DNA from: Macrostomum lignano
Taxonomy: Eukaryota
NCBI GenBank assembly: GCA_002269645.1
Contig: NIVC01001242.1
Location: forward strand, 215,954 to 279,953
Direction: 5' to 3'
DNA: 64,000 nt
Part shown: one piece after another, positions 59,131 through 64,000 of the stretch
Numbering within the stretch: the first letter of the stretch is position 1
Layout: each line of letters opens with the position of its first letter
Notes under the pieces: model-generated
Database searches by the model: none
What the model was told of the DNA's origin: nothing
The model's input: only the letters and a program-made list of their open reading frames with translations
Program-made: the position numbers and the translations under genes

Positions 59131-59576
59131 GTTTGCTCTTGAGAACCAGAAACTCGTAAATGATCCATACCCGACTAGATCGGATGCTGAGATAATAAAA
59201 CCGAGTAAAAAATAATAAAACTGGCCGAGTGACGTTGCTGTGTAAGGTTTAATCAAAGAATGCTACTGTAAGTAGAGCAATGCACACATGCGCAGCAAAA
59301 CTTAAGCTATGAATCAAGTTACTATTTATATCTAACAAATGACACCCGCACCTCCTACACGCATTGCTCTGCACAGCTCCCAGTGCTGCACGGTCTGTGG
59401 ATCATATGTGTAGCAGCCCATGAGATCCAGCACAGCCATCCCGTGGCAGTCGCAGCCGCGCAGTCCTGCTTCCAGCCTTCGCTGAGGAGTAGTAGCTGTG
59501 CACCAGTTGGAGGCCAGGGTCGCAAAAGCCGAATCTGTTGCCAGCAGGCGTGTCAGCGATAGGCAGCACAGGGAGG

Positions 59577-62500
59577 GGGCAAATCGGACATCAGGGAGGT
59601 GGCAATTCGGACATCAGGGAGGTGGCAAATCGGACATCAGGAAGGAGGCAAATCGGACTTTAGGAAGGAGGCAAATAGGACATCAGGGAGGTGGAAATTA
59701 AATCGGACATCAAGGAGGTGGCAATTAAATCGGACATCAAGGAGGTGGCAATTAAATCGGACATCAGGGAGGTGGCAATTAAATCGGACATCAAGGAGGT
59801 GGCAATTAAATCGGACATCAAGGAGGTGGCAATTAAATCGGACATCAGGGAGGTGGCAATTAAATCGGACATCAAGGAAGTGGCAATTAAATCGGACATC
59901 AGGGAAGTGGCAATTAAATCGGACATCAAGGAGGTGGCAATTAAATCGGACATCAGGGAGGTGGCAATTAAATCGGACATCAGGGAGGTGGCAAATAGGA
60001 CATCAGGGAGGTGGCAATTAAATCGGACATCAAGGAGGTGGCAATTAAATCGGACATCAAGGAGGTGGCAATTAAATCGGACATCAGGGAGGTGGCAAAT
60101 AGGACATCAGGGAGGTGGCAATTAAATCGGACATCAGGGAAGTGGCAAATCGGACATCAGGGAGGTGGCAATTAAATCGGACATCAGGGAGGTGGCAAAT
60201 AGGACATCAGGGAGGTGGCAATTAAATCGGACATCAGGGAGGTGGCAATTAAATCGGACATCAGGGAGGTGGCAATTAAATCGGACATCAGGGAGGTGGC
60301 AATTAAATCGGACATCAGGGAAGTGACAAATCGGACATCAGGGAGGTGGCAATTAAATCGGACATCAGGGAGGTGGCAAATAGGACATCAGGGAGGTGGC
60401 AATTAAATCGGACATCAGGGAGGTGGCAATTAAATCGGACATCAGGGAGGTGGCAATTAAATCGGACATCAGGGAGGTGGCAATTAAATCGGACATCAGG
60501 GAAGTGACAAATCGGACATCAGGGAGGTGGCAATTAAATCGGACATCAGGGAGGTGGCACATCGGACATCAGGGAGGTGGCACATCGGAAATCAGGGAGG
60601 TGGCACATCGGAAATCAGGGAGGTGGCAAATCGGAAATCAGGGAGTTCGCTTCATCTTCAATAGCAGATTAGCAGTAGCAGATTCTCCCAATATAACTTG
60701 CAATGTGTCGAGTAGGAAAGAGAAAAAAATGGTTTCGCTACTTCCAGTAATATGTACTGTATAAGCTACATGTATGTAATAAGCTTTCATACTACTTAAA
60801 AAATTAATGCACATTTTTAAGCAGTCTGCATAGCTACACAACAAATAACAAATAAAGAGTCGTAACTTTGCGGGAAAAACATTTATTGATGATCCCACAA
60901 AATGGTACTGTAACAGGTTATCATAGGTAGTCTCTGAAGGCCTCTCACACCAACTACCTTACACGCCTGCTACCCCTCTGCCTCGGCAGACAGAAACTTC
61001 GAAAAGCTGAGACAAGTCCTTCTCTTAGGTTTGAGCTCAAACTTTACTCAACTCGGCAGTGGAGAAGCATTGTGCTGGGGGCAGTGTTGGGGTGGTGGCG
61101 TGATATTTTTTCGCCCCACCCATCTTATTTGCTTGTTTGCATAGTTAGCTAGTTAGATGAATTAACACAGAGAGGGCACGCTGGGTCTGTGTGACTGTTT
61201 TAGTGCAGGCAAATGGATGGGTCTAACATTAAATACTATGATAGTTTGTAACAGCATATCAGCATTTTGAACGCTGATAGGTGCAAGTTTAGTGAAAATT
61301 GGTTAAGCAAAGTCAATCTAGTTCATGAACCTTATTTCATATATTTACACTGTATAACCATATGCTTAAAGACTGATTTTTACATATTAATTAAGCCACC
61401 CGGAATTATCATCAATTGTTCTGTTAGACAGCCATTGGTTTCGCTTTGCAGTGACGCCTGCAGGCATTTTGCTTTGGCAGTCACTGTGAAAGCTACTCAC
61501 ACGGATCGCCACGGGAAGGCTGCTGTCTGCGGATCCGCATTATTTATTTTTTTAAATAAAAATAATAGTTTTTTTGTTTTTTTGTTTTTTTATCTTTTTA
61601 ATTTTATTTATTTATTATTATTATTATTTTAAAAAATAAAAATTGGGAGGAGCTACTGAAGTAGCTTCAGTTTATTTGCAATTTATATACTAATTATTCG
61701 AGTTTCGATTTACTATATATTGAGTAATATTGTCAATGGTTTGAAATATCCTACTGGGATCTTCTGTGTAATAGTTCATTAAATGACTCCCGCTACACTA
61801 AAGATGGCAGTAAAAATTGTAGCAATATTTCCTCCTCTCGATCTATCAGCAACTTCACGAATAAAATTAATTCCTGTATTTATAAGATATGGATTTTCTC
61901 TCAAATAATTATATAAATAAATTGCAACGTTACTGAATATACTCCACAGGTCGCCGCCGCGCCCGAAAGGCGGAACAGAACAGCTTCCATTTAGACTTTG
62001 GTTTACGACAGTATTTGACATGCTTGCAACTCCTCTTTAAACTTCTTCACTCACCCAAAGCTGTTCTTTTTATAATGAACTTGTCTTAACTCTGTCCTCG
62101 GCAAGGTCTGCTCCCATTGGCTGGGCTGCACAGCCATACGCACGAGGCCAAGCAATATATCGCATGCAGCCTGCAAATGCTGTGTTTACCAATGCTGTGT
62201 TCACCAATGCTGTGGTCACCAATGCTGTGGTCACCAATGCTGTGTTCACCAATGCTGTGGTCACCAATGCTGTGTTTACTAATGCTGTGTTCACTAAAGC
62301 TGTGTTTACCAATGCTGTGTTCACTAATGCTGTGTTCACCAATGCTGTGGTCACCAATGCTGTGTTCACCAATGCTGTGGTCACCAATGCTGTGTTTACT
62401 AATGCTGTGTTCACTAATGCTGTGTTTACTAATGCTGTGTTCACTAATTCTGTGTTTACCAATGCTGTGTTCACTAATGCTGTGTTTACTAATGCTGTGG

Positions 62501-63740
62501 TCACCAATGCTGTGTTTACTAATGCTGTGTTTACTAATGCTGTGTTTACTAATGCTGTGTTTACCAATGCTGTGTTCACTAATGCTGTGTTTACCCAATG
62601 CTGTGGTCACCAATGCTGTGTTTACCAATGCTGTGTTCACCAATGCTGTGGTCACCAATGCTGTGTTTACTAATGCTGTGTTCACTATTGCTGTGTTTAC
62701 CAATGCTGTGTTCACTAATGCTGTGTTTACTAATGCTGTGTTTACTAATGCTGTGTTTACTAATGCTGTGGTCACCAATGCTGTGGTCACCAATGCTGTG
62801 TTTACCAATGCTGTGGTCACCAATGCTGTGGTCACCAATGCTGTGTTTACCAATGCTGTGTTCACACAATGCTGTGGTCACCAATGCTGTGTTCACCAAT
62901 GCTGTGTTCACCAATGCTGTGTTCACCATGCTGTGTTCACCAATGCTGTGTTCACCATGCTGTGTTTACCAATGCTGTGGTCACCAATGCTGTGGTCACC
63001 AATGCTGTGTTCACTAATGCTGTGTTTACCAATGCTGTGTTTACCAATGCTGTGTTCACTAATGCTGTGTTTACCAATGCTGTGGTCACCAATGCTGTGT
63101 TTACCAATGCTGTGGTCACCAATGCTGTGTTTACCAATGCTGTGGTCACCAATGCTGTGTTCACCAATGCTGTGGTCACTAATGCTGTGTTTACCAATGC
63201 TGTGTTTACCAATGCTGTGTTCACTAATGCTGTGCTTACCAATGCTGTGGTCACCAATGCTGTGTTCACCAATTCTGTGTGTCACCAATGCTGTGGTCAC
63301 CAATGCTGTGGTCACCAATGCTGTGGTGACCAATGCTGTGGTCACCAATGCTGTGGTCACCAATGCTGTGTTCACCAATGCTGTGTTCACGCAATGCTGT
63401 GTTCACCAATGCTGTGTTCACCAATGCTGTGTTCACCAATTCTGTGTTCACCAATGCTGTGTTCACCAATGCTGTGGTCACCAATGCTTGTGCTTAAAAA
63501 ATGATAATTAAAATACTTTTACGTTCTATCCTTGCGGCCTTTTTTCTGCAAAAAATGATGACGCGGCGAGTCAAGATATGGGATTACAAGGATAAGAAAT
63601 GGGGATAGAGGTAGAGAGAGAGGTAGTCGGAAATTGTCACCGGGTGATTGTCACTGCCTTTCATTTTCATTGACTTTATCCAACATTTCTATTGACTTGC
63701 CATCATACAGGTTCATTCATACTACCGACTCGTTTTGCTT
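59577..63740. repeat. Segmental duplication, copy B, with greatly expanded arrays
   Basis: 23/27-bp array GGTGGCA(ATT)AAATCGGACATCAGGGA at 59577-60640; 15-bp array CCAATGCTGTG(T/G)TCA at ~62175-63490; flanks align with copy A. Confidence 0.9.
61700..62021 (-). pseudogene. Paralogue of the 108-aa orphan ORF, frameshifted near codon 78
   Basis: MSNTVVNQSLNGS..YLYNYLRENPYLINTGINFIRE..; after a 1-nt loss, another frame resumes LMNYYTEDPSRIFQTIDNI. Confidence 0.6.
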
Positions 63741-64000
63741 GCAAAAATTGATTCGTTCCATTCTGATTCTTTTGTTAAAAGTGTAGCATTGTAAGACTCC
63801 ACTAACTTTGGCACCACCCAGTGTACGACCTAGAAGTGCTTTTTTAAGTAAAATATCACCAAATTTTAATCTAAAAGCTCTTGATTTCATACTTATGCAA
63901 TCGCTGGTCTCTGTTTGCTGTTTGTTTTAAATGTCGAAAGCTCGAGCTGACAAATTCTTTCCTCTGGTCTGAGCGAACTGTTCGCGCGCCTGCATTTTGT

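Noticed and set aside
39170-63490. CRISPR-like arrays
   Set aside because: Units are head-to-tail with no unique spacers, there are no cas genes, and the context is eukaryotic.
62070-63511. Many overlapping ORFs on both strands (NTALV/NAVFT/HSIG)
   Set aside because: 15-bp array artefacts; the paralogous copy has only ~5 units.

Overview
Eukaryotic, intron-containing animal DNA: GC-rich exons sit in AT-rich spacers with very dense minisatellites. The style fits a free-living flatworm such as Macrostomum (inference only). Intact spliced genes: a Cdc1/MPPE1-type metallophosphoesterase (-, 1173-4323), GOPC/PIST (+, 26316-35373), an AROS/RPS19BP1-like ORF (+, 37028-37627), a 4-TM orphan (+, 38188-38907) and PPT1 (-, 44091-46489). 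Between 7.5 and 25 kb lie three co-oriented disrupted genes: a LOTUS(+Tudor-like) gene, PSMD3/Rpn3 and an SLC5 transporter. A 5'-truncated Ty3/Gypsy element and a piggyBac remnant interrupt PSMD3. Other mobile DNA: two mariner relics (one enclosing a THAP fragment), two non-autonomous TIR elements with 8-bp TSDs, MITE/foldback structures, two CORE-like SINE copies and a possible Penelope fragment. The last 17 kb contain a diverged segmental duplication carrying an orphan ORF pair, plus a kinase pseudogene. The most striking pattern is that four intronic minisatellites are tandem amplifications of the splice donor junction itself (last exon bases + GT donor), and a fifth repeats an acceptor. 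Most long ORFs in the supplied track are minisatellite artefacts. All homology calls come from motifs recognised by eye; no database search was run, and array boundaries and copy numbers are approximate.
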